Of a DNA stretch of 64,000 nt, positions 51,355 through 64,000 are shown piece by piece. The first letter of the stretch is position 1; each line of letters opens with the position of its first letter. The notes under the pieces are model-generated. The model was given only the letters and a program-made list of their open reading frames with translations, searched no databases and was not told the DNA's origin. Position numbers and translations under genes: made by a program. Source of the stretch: Octopus vulgaris (Eukaryota); NCBI GenBank assembly GCA_951406725.2, contig OX597826.1, positions 18,662,001 through 18,726,000 of the forward strand. The letters are read 5' to 3'.

Positions 51355-52535
51355 TAAAATATAAATGCATTTATATGTAAATATGTCTATCTGTTAGCCT
51401 ATCCAAATATACATACTTTAACATAAATATATCTGTTTATCTATTTGTCTATCTAAATACATTCAGACACACACACATATGTAGCAGTTAACATTAACTG
51501 AAATAAAAGAATAAGTATAAATGTAGAGCAGATCTTTTTAATAATTTTATTAATAGTAACTTCGAAGTTCGCACCGTGTAAGTGCCCCATGCAACCTCAT
51601 GATATGGAGAAGCTGATGACCTGCAAAAATTCAATGTAGCAAGCTGTAAAATTATGTAACACACATGTATACACACGCACGCATGCACACACACACACAA
51701 ACAAACAGAAACAAATGCACGTATATCTGGAAACTGAACCTCACACAAGAGATAACAAAAGAACGCAATCAGTAACAGGATGTTGTGTCAGAGAGGAGTC
51801 CTCAAACCCATGCAAGCATGAAAAACAGATGTAAAAGTGATAATGTTGATGAGAAGAAGGAGGAGGAATAGGAGGATATAAACATAGAGGATATAAACAT
51901 ATATTTATGTGTTTTTTTGTGTGTGTGTGTGTGTAAATGCAATAGAAACAATTGTTGGCTTTATAAGGTGAGATCTATAATAAAGATGAAATTTTCTCTG
52001 TATGTATTGTTTTGTTGTCAAGTACCCTGAATTTCTCAAAATTCTGCCAAAGGATATTTGGATTTACCTGTCAAGCATGAGGATATACCTGGGATCTATA
52101 TTCGACTTACATTTACTTGTCTCTAATTGTTGAACATTTGTAACCAAATACTTTTAATACTGCATGCTCTATTGGTATCTGTTTGGATTTTTTAATCCCA
52201 TTTTTTCTTATAAACACTGAGTAGCTATTTAATTCACTGTGTGAGTGTATGTGCACCAAACCACACATGTACGTATGCTTATATCCTCATGGATGTCTGT
52301 ACAAGTGAGTGTAAGTGCCCCATGCAACCTAAGCAAGGGCGTTCATACATCCATATCTGTTAAAAATTATATTTAATAATTTTTTCACTGTATTGTGTAT
52401 TTGTTTCTTTTTGCATCTGTTATTTCTTATTGATCTATAAAAAGGAAAGTTGTATCCCTTAATTGGCGGTTTTTCTATACACAAACCAGGAAGGTAACTT
52501 GTGGAATAGTCATTATTTTAATGAGATATATCTTG

Positions 52536-52645
52536 TAATCCCCTGAAGAGACACATCTACACCAACTGATACTTTTAAACCAGTTGATAAGTATCCCACC
52601 TGCAAGTGATTGATACTAGTTGGGTCGAAACAAATGTAGTGATTA
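52536..52645 (+). ncRNA. Type-I hammerhead ribozyme with intact core and about 70-nt stem-II insert
   Basis: UAAUCcC-CUGAAGA-GAC..CCAACU..AGUUGG-GUC-GAAAC-AAAU-GUA-GUGAUUA; stem I 6/7, G10.1-C11.1 present, GUA cleavage triplet. Confidence 0.7.
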
Positions 52646-52699
52646 ATAAACATCCTTGTATCATCCACCTCTTTCATTAATCAAATACACACACACACA

Positions 52700-53329
52700 C
52701 ATGACAGAAGTAAATAGACACCCTTATACTCAGTAAAATTAATTTAAATCTGAAATTATACACTTGACCACTATCAGAAAATACAGCAAATTCAGACACA
52801 TCAGAGAATATAAAAGTGTCCCAAAATGCTAGTGGCCTCTCCACCATCTCACTAGCCCAATCTTTTCTCTGCTTAATATCGGCTGATCGAAGAAGTGACT
52901 TCCTTCTTGCTGCTCTGCCATAGTAGCCAAGTTTGTGGAGATACCTGACAGCTGTTCTGGGACTAACATCAACTTGTTCTGCTATGTCAAAGGACTTGCA
53001 ACAAGAATTGTCCTCCACACTACACTTAGCAAAGCTAAGGGTCCTGTCTGGGCAAGGTAATGTGGAATCCTTGCCCTCCCTGCCGAATTGCACAATAACT
53101 TTATTAACTGTAGAAAGTGGGATCCAAAGGATTTCTGTGTCCACCTTAAGATTGACTGTAGCCTCTTGGAAATTTGGACAGTTCCAAGCCTTTTTTTGTA
53201 TGACATGATTAAACAGTTACATATAGAACTGGAAGCATAAATATGTCAAATAATAAAAAATACAAACCTTTTCTAGTTAAAATAAGCATAAAACAATGTT
53301 TTATGGTGTGTCTATTTACTTCTGTCATG
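52700..53329 (-). mobile_element. Internally deleted Tc1 element
   Basis: TIR CATGACAGAAGTAAATAGACAC at both ends; YLHKLGYYGRAARRKSLL..FWDTFIFSDVS. Confidence 0.88.
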
Positions 53330-53420
53330 TGTGTGTGTGTGTGTGTGTGTGTGTACGTGTGTGGTGTGTGTGTGTGTATACATACATGCATACATATACA
53401 TATATTCTTGTATATAAATA

Positions 53421-54049
53421 TGAAGGGAAGTAAAAAATTATCCGCACTTTCACCATAACATATCTTTATTATTATCACACTGCCTTCTGCGCATATGTAC
53501 TTATAGTTGGTACTATTGTGATCACATGATAGAAGATTGAGCCTGATCATGTCATTTTTCTTTCTGGCTTTACAGCGAAATCGTGGCCATCCACTAAGAA
53601 TGTGCACCAATGAAAAACAAAAAGCAGTGATCTGAGAGATGGTAATGGTGAACCAGTTCATCAATCTCTCAAGCTTGCTGAGTCTTCTCGTCAGTGGTGG
53701 AGGAGGTTGATGGGCGTCTTGCCCCCTCTTCATGCATCACACTTGACTGACCACTTTTAACCTTCTTGATCCACTCATCCACTCATACACCACTGCGCAG
53801 TGGTGCACTGTCTCCATGTTGTGTTAAAAGCCTCCAATGAATTCCAACACCTGACACAATCGCCCAACCAGAGAAATTGGATCACTGCTCTTTGTTCTTC
53901 TTTGCTGCACATTTGCTAATGGAGTGGCCATGCTTACACTGTAAAGACAAAAAGAAAAATGACATGATCTGGCTCAACCTTCAATCACAGTGTGACAATA
54001 ATAAAGATATGTTATGGGGAAAGTGCAGATAATCTTTGACTTCCCCTTG
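53421..54049. mobile_element. Mariner-derived fold-back with two 5' ends (long inverted arms)
   Basis: TA-flanked GAAGGGAAGTAAAAAATTATCCGCAC / GTGCAGATAATCTTTGACTTCCCCTTG; arms extend about 200 bp; minus strand encodes a frameshifted mariner N-terminus (EEQRAVIQFL..VYEW). Confidence 0.8.
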
Positions 54050-54079
54050 TATATACATGCATATATTTTTGTATATATC

Positions 54080-54298
54080 ACCATCATCATCATCATCGTT
54101 TAACGTCCGTTATCTGTGCTAGCATGGGTTCGACAGTTCGACCGGGGTCTGGGAAGCCAGGAGGCTGCACAAGGCTCCAGTCTGATCTGGCAGTGTTTCT
54201 ACAGCTGGATGCCCTTCCTAATGCCAACCACTCTGTGAGTGTAGTGATTGCTTTTTACGTGCCACCGGCACAGGTGCCAGGGTAGGCTGGCAATGGCT
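54080..54298 (-). mobile_element. RTE-type 3' tail
   Basis: (CAT)n CGTTTAACGTCC..GCTGGATGCCCTTCCTAATGCCAACC..GTGCCACCGGCACAGGTGCCAG. Confidence 0.85.
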
Positions 54299-55396
54299 AT
54301 ATACATACATAGATACATACATACATACATACATACATACATACAAACATACATACATACATACATACATACATACATACATACATACAAACATACATAC
54401 ATACATACATACATACATTCTCAACTTAGCAATAAGCTTAAGAAAACCAGGAATTCCTTCCTTGGCTGCTTAATGGCTATAGACTGGATCACTACTTCCA
54501 TCAATGTCAAGCACTCTTAAAAACATTTAATGCTGCCTGGGAATATACAAGCCAAAAAGTTTGCACCTGGATTAAAATTATAAACTTAACTACCTATAAC
54601 CCAATTACACTATAATACAAAATTCAATTAATTGAATTACAAAAATCAATAATTAAGTCATTCAACAATTCAATAAGCAATAAATAACACAAAGAATAAA
54701 CTAAGATATAAATTTAACTAATCAGCATAGATGCACTATAACGAACAAATATTGCCAACTACCTTAAACACATTCAGAAACATATAATAACCAACTATGG
54801 ACATTTTATGTCCTCATACACACACACACATTCTAAATGAGATATGTCTATTGATTGAACCACACAACCTATAGTGAAAAAGCACAACTCAAACATCTTT
54901 AACAACTTATATAACATGAAATCGAATTACTAAATAAATAATTTAATAATCCCAATAAAATTAACATTTCTATTCACCAGGAAACCTGTCTGACCATCTA
55001 TCTCCTGCAAGTGCTTTGGCCAAAAAAATGATCAGAGTAAACTTGAATGCAGCAAAAGTGGCAGCAATCATCTGGTGAGAAGAATCAAGACAAAACATTT
55101 ATTGACCACTGAAGGCCATTCTTTCTTACCCCAACCCAAATGCAGTCTATCTAAGCATAACTATCTGACTGTAAAGACACTCCTTAGTGAATTCTATATT
55201 TTCTATAATTCCATACATACCTTACCACTTATTTTATTAGCATACTTAACATTTTAATGTAGTTTCAAAGAAACCCTAGGGAGTGGATTTGACAGACAAA
55301 AACTGAAAGCAGTCCATCATATATATACATGCATGCATGCACACGCATGGGTGTGTGTGTGTGGGTAAGTATATATATATATATATATATATGTAC

Positions 55397-55432
<36 letters not shown>

Positions 55433-55439
55433 TATATAT

Positions 55440-55830
55440 ATCTTTTATCTGTTTCAGTGATTAGACTGTGTCCCTTCTGGGGTACTGCTTTGAGGAACCT
55501 TTAGTCAAATGAATCAACCCTAGTACTTTTTTTAAAGTCTGGTACTTACTCTATCAGTCTCTTTTTGCCAAGTTACAAGGACCTAAACAAACCAACACCA
55601 GTTGTCAAGCAGGTGTGGGGGACAAACAGACACACACACACACACACACACATGCACACACACACACACACGATAGACTTCTTTCAGTTCCTGCCTACCA
55701 AGTCCACTTACAAAGCTTTTGTCGGCCCATGGCTGTTGTAGAAGACACTTGCCCAAGATGCTATGCAGTGGGATTGAATCCAGAACTATGTGATTGGGAA
55801 GCAAGCTTCTTGTGACTCAGCCACGTCTGG
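55440..55830 (-). mobile_element. SINE family A (further partial copies at 56015-56200, 56440-56620 and 56900-57040)
   Basis: Same head, CORE-like segment and tail as 15383-15750. Confidence 0.8.
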
Positions 55831-56230
55831 AATGAACAGACTTTAATTGCAAAATGCAAATATCATTTCTCTACAGTGGTAACAGCTGTTGGTTGCTGAG
55901 TCTTCCATATTATGTCATCATATGATATGGAAGACTCAGCAACTAACAGCTGTTACTACTGGACAGACACAATCGTTGTGTTTTGCTACTAAAGCCTATT
56001 CATTCCATCTTGGTTTACTCTTTACTTGTTTCAGCCAGTTGACTGCGGCCATGCTGGAGCACTGCATTTAGTCAAGCAAATCGATGCCAGGACTTATTCT
56101 TTGTAAGCCTAGTACTTATTCTATCGGTCTCTTTTGCTGAACCGCTAAGTTATGGGGACGTAAACACACCAGCATTCATTGTCAAGCGATGTTGTAGGAA
56201 CATACACAGATTATATTAAATATACAATAT

Positions 56231-56281
<51 letters not shown>

Positions 56282-56631
56282 TCATATATATATATGTGTG
56301 TGTGTGTATGTATGTAAGTATAGGTATAGTGATGCAAAAATAGTACTCAAAATACAAGTAAATGTATATTTTTATCAATATTTACCAGAAGCAACAGAGT
56401 GACTCAAGGGCCACCCAATGCATGAAAAACTTGGCCCTTTATTCTTTTACCTGTTTTAGTCATTTGACTGTGGCCATACTGGAGCACCACCTTTTTAGTC
56501 AAACAAATCGACCCCAGGGCTTATTCTTTGCAAGCTTAGCACTTATTCTATCAGTCTCTTTTGTCAAACTGCTAAGTTGTCAAGTGAAGGTGGGGGGGGG
56601 ACAGAGACATACACACATACATACATATATA

Positions 56632-56850
56632 CAGTAATCCCTTGTCTATTGCAGGTATTATGTTCCAAAACCCCACGCAATAGGTGAAAATCCATGAAGT
56701 AGAAGCAGTATTGTACTGTATATTTTTTTATCATTTTTATAATTTGTATATATTTATTTTATTATAAATGCAAAACAACACCACAGAGGAATCAACATAA
56801 GCTTAAATAAGAAACTGCGATAGGTGAATCGGGATATGGCGAGACATTAC

Positions 56851-56852
<2 letters not shown>
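56632..56852. mobile_element. pogo/Tigger-type MITE
   Basis: TA-CAGTAATCCCTTG.. / ..CGAGACATTACTG ends, with internal repeated GC(A/G)ATAGGTGAA. Confidence 0.75.
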
Positions 56853-56902
<50 letters not shown>

Positions 56903-57039
56903 TCTTCTTTCAGTTTTCGTCTCACAAGACTTTGGATAGTAGAAGGCTATAGTAGAAGACACTGGCCCAAGGTGCTACGCAGTGGGACCAAACCTGGAAC
57001 CATGTTGTTGGGAAGCAAGCTTCTTACCACACAGCTATG

Positions 57040-57400
57040 CTTCACCAGCCCTAATTCCCCTTCTAATTATGCTGATTGTAAACTCATGGATTACTGCATG
57101 GGAGCACCATTGAGAACGACCCCAACTGCTCTACCTGCAACACCATGGCTGAGCTGTTGGCCAAGGTGAAGGAAGAGTTTAAAGATCATCTCAGGGACAC
57201 AGTGAAGAATGCATGTGCCAGGTTTTGGAGCTATTTTGAGGTTGTGGTGGAAGTGGAGGGCTGCTATTTGAATAAACTGTCATCTCTCAGCGATAATGTA
57301 GTTGGATATGATTTCTCAAAATATTTTAATTTTTTGATGGGATATTGTGTTTTTTTCTTCTTTTATGCAAACTGTCAAATTTAACCTGAACACTGTGTAT
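57040..57400 (+). mobile_element. maT (DD37D) transposase C-terminal fragment
   Basis: PSNYADCKLMDY (SPDCNPLDY-like) and NTMAELLAKVKEEF..VKNACARFWSYFEVVVEVEG. Confidence 0.75.
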
Positions 57401-57474
57401 AGGATGTGCAACAATGTGATATCACACAGGCGGTGAATGATACAAGTATCAAATGGTAATATATCCCACAGAAA

Positions 57475-57690
57475 CAGTGGTGAGCTGGGAGAATTGTTAG
57501 CATGCCAGGCAAAATGCTTAGTGGCATTTCTTCCGTCTTCACATTCTGACTTCGAACTCCACTGGGGGCAGCTTTGCCTTTCATCCTTTCAGGGTTGATA
57601 AAATAAGTACCAGTTGAGCACTAATGATGAAGTAGCCGACTTAGCCCCTTCCCCAAAACTGCTAACCTTGTGCCAAAATTTAAAACCAAT
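57475..57690 (+). mobile_element. tRNA-derived SINE family B
   Basis: GCCTTTCATCCTTTCAGGGTTGATAAAATAAGTACCAGTTGAGCAC. Confidence 0.78.
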
Positions 57691-60337
57691 CTTTGGTTTA
57701 GTAGGATATGTCTCATTAATCATATTCATAGAAAATATTGGAATGATACAACGATTATATAAAAGATGGATGATGGCTGCTGAAATATCACACCAACGAT
57801 AGACATGGAGAGTGATATCAAAACACACACACATGATGGGTATGGAGAGTGAGGTATTACATTAGCTGAAGCTAGTGGCTGGTGTGATATCATGTTCATG
57901 CTGATCAAACTCATGGTGGTAGATTATTTTGATGTGATATTTTCTCTCATGAATGTCTACCAAATATGGGTGAAATAACATTTAAACGCCGTCTTTTTCT
58001 CATCAAAAATGACAGAGAAAGTCGTTTCCTTTTATTTGCTTTATTGCCTCTTTTATTGTTCTTATGAAGTACCAAAAGCAACGCCACCACCACCACCACC
58101 ACCTTCACCATATCAATGCATTCCTGTGCTTTCACATAAATAAAAGCTAGTCCAGCTGCCTGCATACCCTTGCATATTTCTCTCCCCACAATACCACATC
58201 ACACACCACATTGCAATGGCAACAGTCAATAACCACTGAATGCCACTATTTAAATTGCACTTGATCAATAAATTGTTTGATAAAAGCACTTTTGCTTATT
58301 GGATTACAAAATATATCACTCAAGGTATTAATAAAATATCTTTAATTAGAAACAGTTCACCCTGAATGGTAGCTGTGAATTTTATTAACGTACGACATCA
58401 CTAACTGTTGTCTTGGGTACATTATATTCTAACAATCTGCCCTGTTGTTTATTCGTGTGCAAGTCATATCTGTGATAATGAGCTGCTTCATACGGCCGTT
58501 ATATATTTACAGAGGCTGCTGACAGTTTTAGGCAACTCACAAAGCACTTAGTCAGGTTATGGTAGTATATGTGTGCCATGTCACTTGATTTGTTTGTGTA
58601 TGTCTTATTTTCTATTAGAAGAAAGAATAGAAATGTTAGCTTTTCAATAGAACTGACATGAGGTAAAATCATGATAAAAGTATTGTACTTTCCCATATCT
58701 TGGGGCAATGGGCTCCGTGCTTTCAGCTTCAACCCATGGTATTGGAAACTTAGTGTAATAAAAATTAATAAAATAAAATTAAATAATAATTAAAATACTA
58801 AGGTTACTTGACTTTAGTATAAAATAAGGATTGAATGTATAGTAAAGCTACTAAGTAAGGACTGTTTAGTTATTTAATTGTACTGAGTTCACATCCTGCA
58901 GAGATACATCCCACCAGGTTCAAGAAAGAAATTAAGCAGCCATGCACAAAAAGAAAAAAATTAACATTGTGACCAGCAGATGAATTGGTAGAGTGTTGGA
59001 TAGAATGCATCACAGGTTTCTTTCTGGTTCTTTGTTCAAATCCTACCAAAGTTCCTTTTTATCCTCCCAGCTTCACTAAATGAAATATGAATCAAGTACA
59101 ACCAAAAGCAAATCTTCCTTTTTGACTCATTTTCTTTTTGGTTATAACCAGCAAGATGTAAAATCTCTCAAAGGAAAGCAACATGGAATCATCTTTATAA
59201 AAATTCCATAAAAAAAAGTACTTAGTATCTGTTATAAAAGTAACTGAGGTTGATTTGCTTTGCATGATGGTGTAATGAAGAGGGAAATGCTGCGAAGCAT
59301 CGTTATTGTTTACTGGTTACTTAACTTCACTTAACTTAACTGGTTTCAGTCTGTGTTTCAATGACACCCATGTAAAAAATATCTTGCTAATATTGTTAGC
59401 AATAATATACACAGTTAATATAAGTAAAACCTAATAGTTTCAGAACAATTAACATCTGCACATCACATTTTAGTTGTCACCTTAAGAAAGTTCATTAGTG
59501 AAACACTCTTCTACTTCTACTTCCATTCATTGGGGAGATACCATGCTGGGACACTGCATTCAAGGCAATTCAAGGCAATTGTTATCACCCCCAGTTCATC
59601 CCCAGTATTTATTTTAGTCTGGTATTTATTTTATCGATCTTTATTGAATGGCTAGGTTTCCTTTTGACTTAGAAGAGTATATCTCAATGTACCATTTTAT
59701 ATAAGTATAGACAAATATGGACATAGACACACACACATGTCTGCATATATATATATATGTGTATGAGTGTGTGTTTGTGTATACATATATGTATACATAT
59801 ATAAACTTGTATACACACATACACATATACATACATATGCATACATGTGTGTATTCATGTCTGTGTTTGTCTATAGTTATGTAACATGGTACATTGAGAT
59901 ATCCCCTTCTAAATTCAAAAGGTAACTTAGCCATTCAATAAAGGATTGATAAGAAGCCCAAAAGTCATGAGGGTGTTAATAATTTATGTTTTGTTTTAAA
60001 TTTACAATATCTTAGCACCATATACAATATATATGTAGGAAATGCATTAAGTGGGGAAAAAAAATAATATCTTGTAAATTACGAATTTAAAAGTTGTAAT
60101 TAAAACAAATTTATCAAAATTTCAGATCTCTTTACAACTTTTGGGGCATCCTGTGTACACACACACACACACACGCACATGCATATTTATGCATATATAT
60201 ATATATATATGTGTATGTCTATATATCTATATATATGTTTTTATGTGTATATGTATATATATATGTATATGGTGTGTGTGCATATACACACACACAGACA
60301 CACACACACACACATATATATATACATATATATATAT

Positions 60338-61121
60338 CAGTGGCGACTCTGGGTTTCAGGCTGTTAGGGCTTAGCCCGAGTATAAATTTTGTAAAGTGGA
60401 TGTGTATTTTCAAACTGATTTAATTTCTGCCACCACTGACTTCACGTGTGTAATTGCAGCCAATAACTTGGGCTCCTTTTATTGAGAATGGTCGCAGTTC
60501 ATTTATTTTCATTCAGAGTCTGGCGGACATCTTAGAGATGCCCTGTGTCAAAATACATCATTCGTAGCGGACGTTTTCACGACACCGTTCACACATGTCT
60601 GACTCGGGCTCAGAAGTTACAGCCCAAGTTGTTATCTATAATCGTAAAAATTAAAAGTAATTCAAATTTAATTTTTTCATGAAACAATAAATTTCTATAA
60701 AGATTAGGTTATAAAATCCAATCTGTGAAACGTTTCCGTTCTACCACATTCTTAAAGGGACGAAAAATTATCCAGCAAACTTGGTCTAATAAGAACGAGG
60801 CTGGTAAGTGTAAAAGACTAACAGGCATCTCTTGTCAAGATTACAGGCAACAGTCAGATCGCTGTCATTATTTGATTGCAGTTATTCTGTGTGTCTTGTG
60901 TAAAGATCAGTTGTGTTTTGCAGGGTTTATCCTTAAATTAGAAATGGAGAAAGACATAGTGTGCTAGATATAAAAAAATATAAGCCATTTAGGGCTAGAA
61001 ATAAAGCAACAAAACATGAAATTCTTTGTGCAGGCATATGTCTTATGTGAAATCTGGGAGGAGCCCGAGTGACAAAATCTGTGATGAGCCGAGTGATGCT
61101 GATGACCTGGAGTTGCCACTG
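60338..61121. mobile_element. Non-autonomous hAT-like element (784 bp)
   Basis: TIRs CAGTGGCGACTCTGGG / CCTGGAGTTGCCACTG; subterminal AGCCCGAG repeats; ATATATAT on both sides (8-bp TSD uninformative inside a TA tract). Confidence 0.75.
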
Positions 61122-61224
61122 ATATATATATATATTATAACAAAAGTGAAATTCTGCTTGTCTGGAACCACTGTGTCTCATTCTTCATCAGCTCTACATA
61201 GACATATACCTTTTTGGAATTAGG

Positions 61225-61720
61225 ATGCACTATCCGACTCGTGGCCGATGCCAGCGCCGCCTCCACTGGCTTCCGTGCCGGTGGCACGTAAAATACACCA
61301 ATCTGACCGTACGACAGGCACCCATGCCAACTCCCTTGCTTGTGAAGACATGTTGGGGCAAGCGAAATCGAAATCGAATTGAACCAGCCAGGATCCCTGG
61401 TCTGGTGGTACGTAAAAAGCACTATCCGACTCGTGGCCAATGCCAGCTCCACCTCGTCTGGCTTCCGTGCCGGTGGCACATAAAATACACCAATCCGACC
61501 GTGGCCGTTGCCAGCCTCGCCTGGCACCTGTGCAGGTGGCACGTAAAAAGCACCCACTACACTCACGGAGTGGTTGGCGTTAGGAAGGGCATCCAGCTGT
61601 AGAAATATTGCCAGATAAGACTGGAGCCTGGTGCAGCCTTCTGGCTTCCCAGATCCCCGGTCGAACCGTCCAACCCATGCTAGCATGGACAACGGACGTT
61701 AAACGATGATGATGATGATC
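61225..61720 (+). mobile_element. RTE 3' UTR copy with tandem units and (GAT)n tail
   Basis: Reverse-complement homology to 44620-45060; CpG-rich, so probably young. Confidence 0.88.
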
Positions 61721-62040
61721 CCGGATTGGAAACCTACCCTTCATTTGGTTCTTGAATATCCAGCATTGGGCACTGATTTAAAAGCATTAGGGCTGATATT
61801 TCTAGCAGGTAAAGCTTGGCTGATTCATGCCATCTTGGTTGGCGTTTGTCAGATGACATCAGAGATCAAGCGGGAGATAAATGACATTCACTTCATAAAT
61901 TTTACATCAAGATAAGAACTTTGAGTCAAACTGGCCAATAATTGGAATTTTTAGCTTCCTTTCCGTTTGGGATGCAGGTTCAATTAGCCCTCCACACAGA
62001 GTGTGGCTTTTAAGCTAATATATATGTGTGCATATGTATA

Positions 62041-62202
62041 GGTGCTGGAGTGGTTGTGTGGTAAGTAGCTTGCTTACCAGCCACATGGCTCCGGGTTCAG
62101 TCCCACTGTGTGCCACCTTGGGCAAGTGTCTTCCACTATAGCTTCGGGCTGACCAAAGCCTTGTGAGTGGATTTCGTAGGCGGAAACTGAAGGAAGCCCG
62201 TC
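62041..62202 (+). mobile_element. CORE-type SINE family A, 5' half
   Basis: A-box TGGTTGTGTGGT, B-box GGTTCAGTCCC and CORE-like ACCTTGGGCAAGTGTCTTC. Confidence 0.85.
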
Positions 62203-64000
62203 ATATGTGTGTGTGTATGTGTGTGTGTCTGTGTGTGTATGTGTGTCTGTTAATGAAACAAATTGACCTCAGTACACATTTTTTTTTGCCAAAATCTTTT
62301 TCCCTTATTTAACGATCATTCTGATAGCTCTTTTGTCTTAATAACAGTCATTTACATAGTAATTTCCCTTTGTTTAACGGACATTTTCATAGCATATTTT
62401 AATTGCCTCGATAACTCAAGAGATGCCGGTGCAGGTTTCCGCCCCAACATCCGAAACTCGGAGTTTTACTATGGCAATCAAATAATTGTCACATATTATA
62501 TTACAAATATATATATATATATATATATATACAAATATAAATTAGAACCAGCTCAAGGTATATAAATAAAATCAAAAATGCACCGGATATATACATATAC
62601 AGATATATACACATATTAGACAGACAGGCAGACAGACAGATAGATTCACGTAGATATACACATACATATGATAGGCTTCTACCCAGTTCTCATCCGCCAA
62701 ATTCCAGTCACAAAGCAGTGGTAAACATGAGACTACAGGAGATGCTTATACAAGTTGTGGAATACACTTGTTAACCACTCAGCCTGCCTCTTTGATTGCT
62801 GATTGTTTCCTTATCATAAGAATCCATTTGACCAGTGATTCTTTTTGGTTCTTGTAGTATGAAGTTGTTAAATAATCATTTCCTATGGAGTTATTGGATC
62901 AAGTACCAAACGACAAAACACCCAGTAATTCTGCTTACAGTGGGGAGCCAGAACATTCTGTGAGAGTTATTTGCGTACAGGTGGACCAAGTGATTGAGAG
63001 ATAAATGACTTGATTATGAATCGAATGCAGCACTGGCATCAGGATAAGAACAGCTAATTGCTCAGTTGTTTTATTAGCTCAAACATACCCAGCTTTCTCA
63101 CAGATTATGGATATGTCTAAATTGTCAGACATACCCCCTTTATACTAGTATGGAAAAATGGAGAGGAAAACAAGTTTTTAAAAATAAATGTTTTTCAGAA
63201 GCCAACTACAGACTACATTAGATTATATCTCATTTGCAATTTTTCCATTAAAAAAGCTGTTAGTGCTGGGCGGATATAATTAGCAAAATTAAAATATAGT
63301 TTTTTTACTTTTCATTTTTTGTTTAAATTTTATTTTATTTTTAGTTAGTACTATAGTAGCTTTTGGATATCACTATGACCATATATGGTGATAAATCATT
63401 TGAGTTAACAGACAATTAAGAATGGCCAAGTAAAGATAGATATTCTTGATGTATTTCAACTATACTCTATATTTTTCCTTTTTTATTCCTTTCTTTTTTC
63501 TGAAAACCAAACTAGAGCTCCTGTAGCTTTTGGTTGTCAATGACTATATTTGGTTATTAATCATACAAGTAATTAATGATGAATTATTTTCAATTTATGA
63601 ATTAAAGCTGTTCATAGAAGCGCATAATTGTGCATTATCTGCAATAGGTGCAGAGGAACACATTGGCAAAACATTAAGCAATATGGTTCTTTTTAATTAT
63701 TTGTTTTTCCTTATAGCTAGCTTTTTGTTTCCAGTGATAGAATTTAGAGGAAAATCAACATTACCCTCACCACTACCTCAATTATAATCCCTATAACTAC
63801 AGCCATTACCATCACCACCAACAGCAACAACAACATCATTATCTTAATTATCTGCCAGATCAGTCAACATTTATATATTATATTTATTTAGTCAGCATCC
63901 ATAGAATGCATTTATCTACCCAAACAATATACACACAATGTTTATATATGTAATCAACTTCTACATTCGGTATTTATCTGTCAAATCAACACCTGCAGTT

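Noticed and set aside
62041-62110. tRNA gene
   Set aside because: A and B boxes are present but there is no full cloverleaf, and it continues into the SINE body.

Overview
Eukaryotic, AT-rich DNA dense in microsatellites and transposons. The SINE and RTE-tail repeats look like those of an octopod cephalopod (inferred from recognising the repeats, not verified). There is no intact protein-coding gene. Host-gene signal is limited to a likely first coding exon on the minus strand (7896-7824) and two weaker plus-strand exon candidates (17332-17429, 40238-40282). Most of the window is decayed mobile DNA: mariner, Tc1, maT, hAT-Charlie, pogo and hAT MITEs, Helitron-like ends, a Tx1/L1 LINE, RTE and R4/Dong LINE pieces, two Neptune-type Penelope-like elements (PLEs; RT plus GIY-YIG), and two SINE families. 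The least obvious signal, invisible in the ORF track, is about a dozen type-I hammerhead ribozyme (HHR) motifs, a few with intact cores and most decayed. They follow the pattern CUGANGA...GAAAC with a very short, usually palindromic stem III and often a long stem-II insert. They sit in short non-coding elements that are usually embedded in (TA)n tracts and repeatedly arranged as inverted pairs or near-perfect hairpins, in the same window as the PLEs. This suggests a PLE-driven, retrozyme-like fold-back system. Coordinates were read by eye and element ends are approximate.
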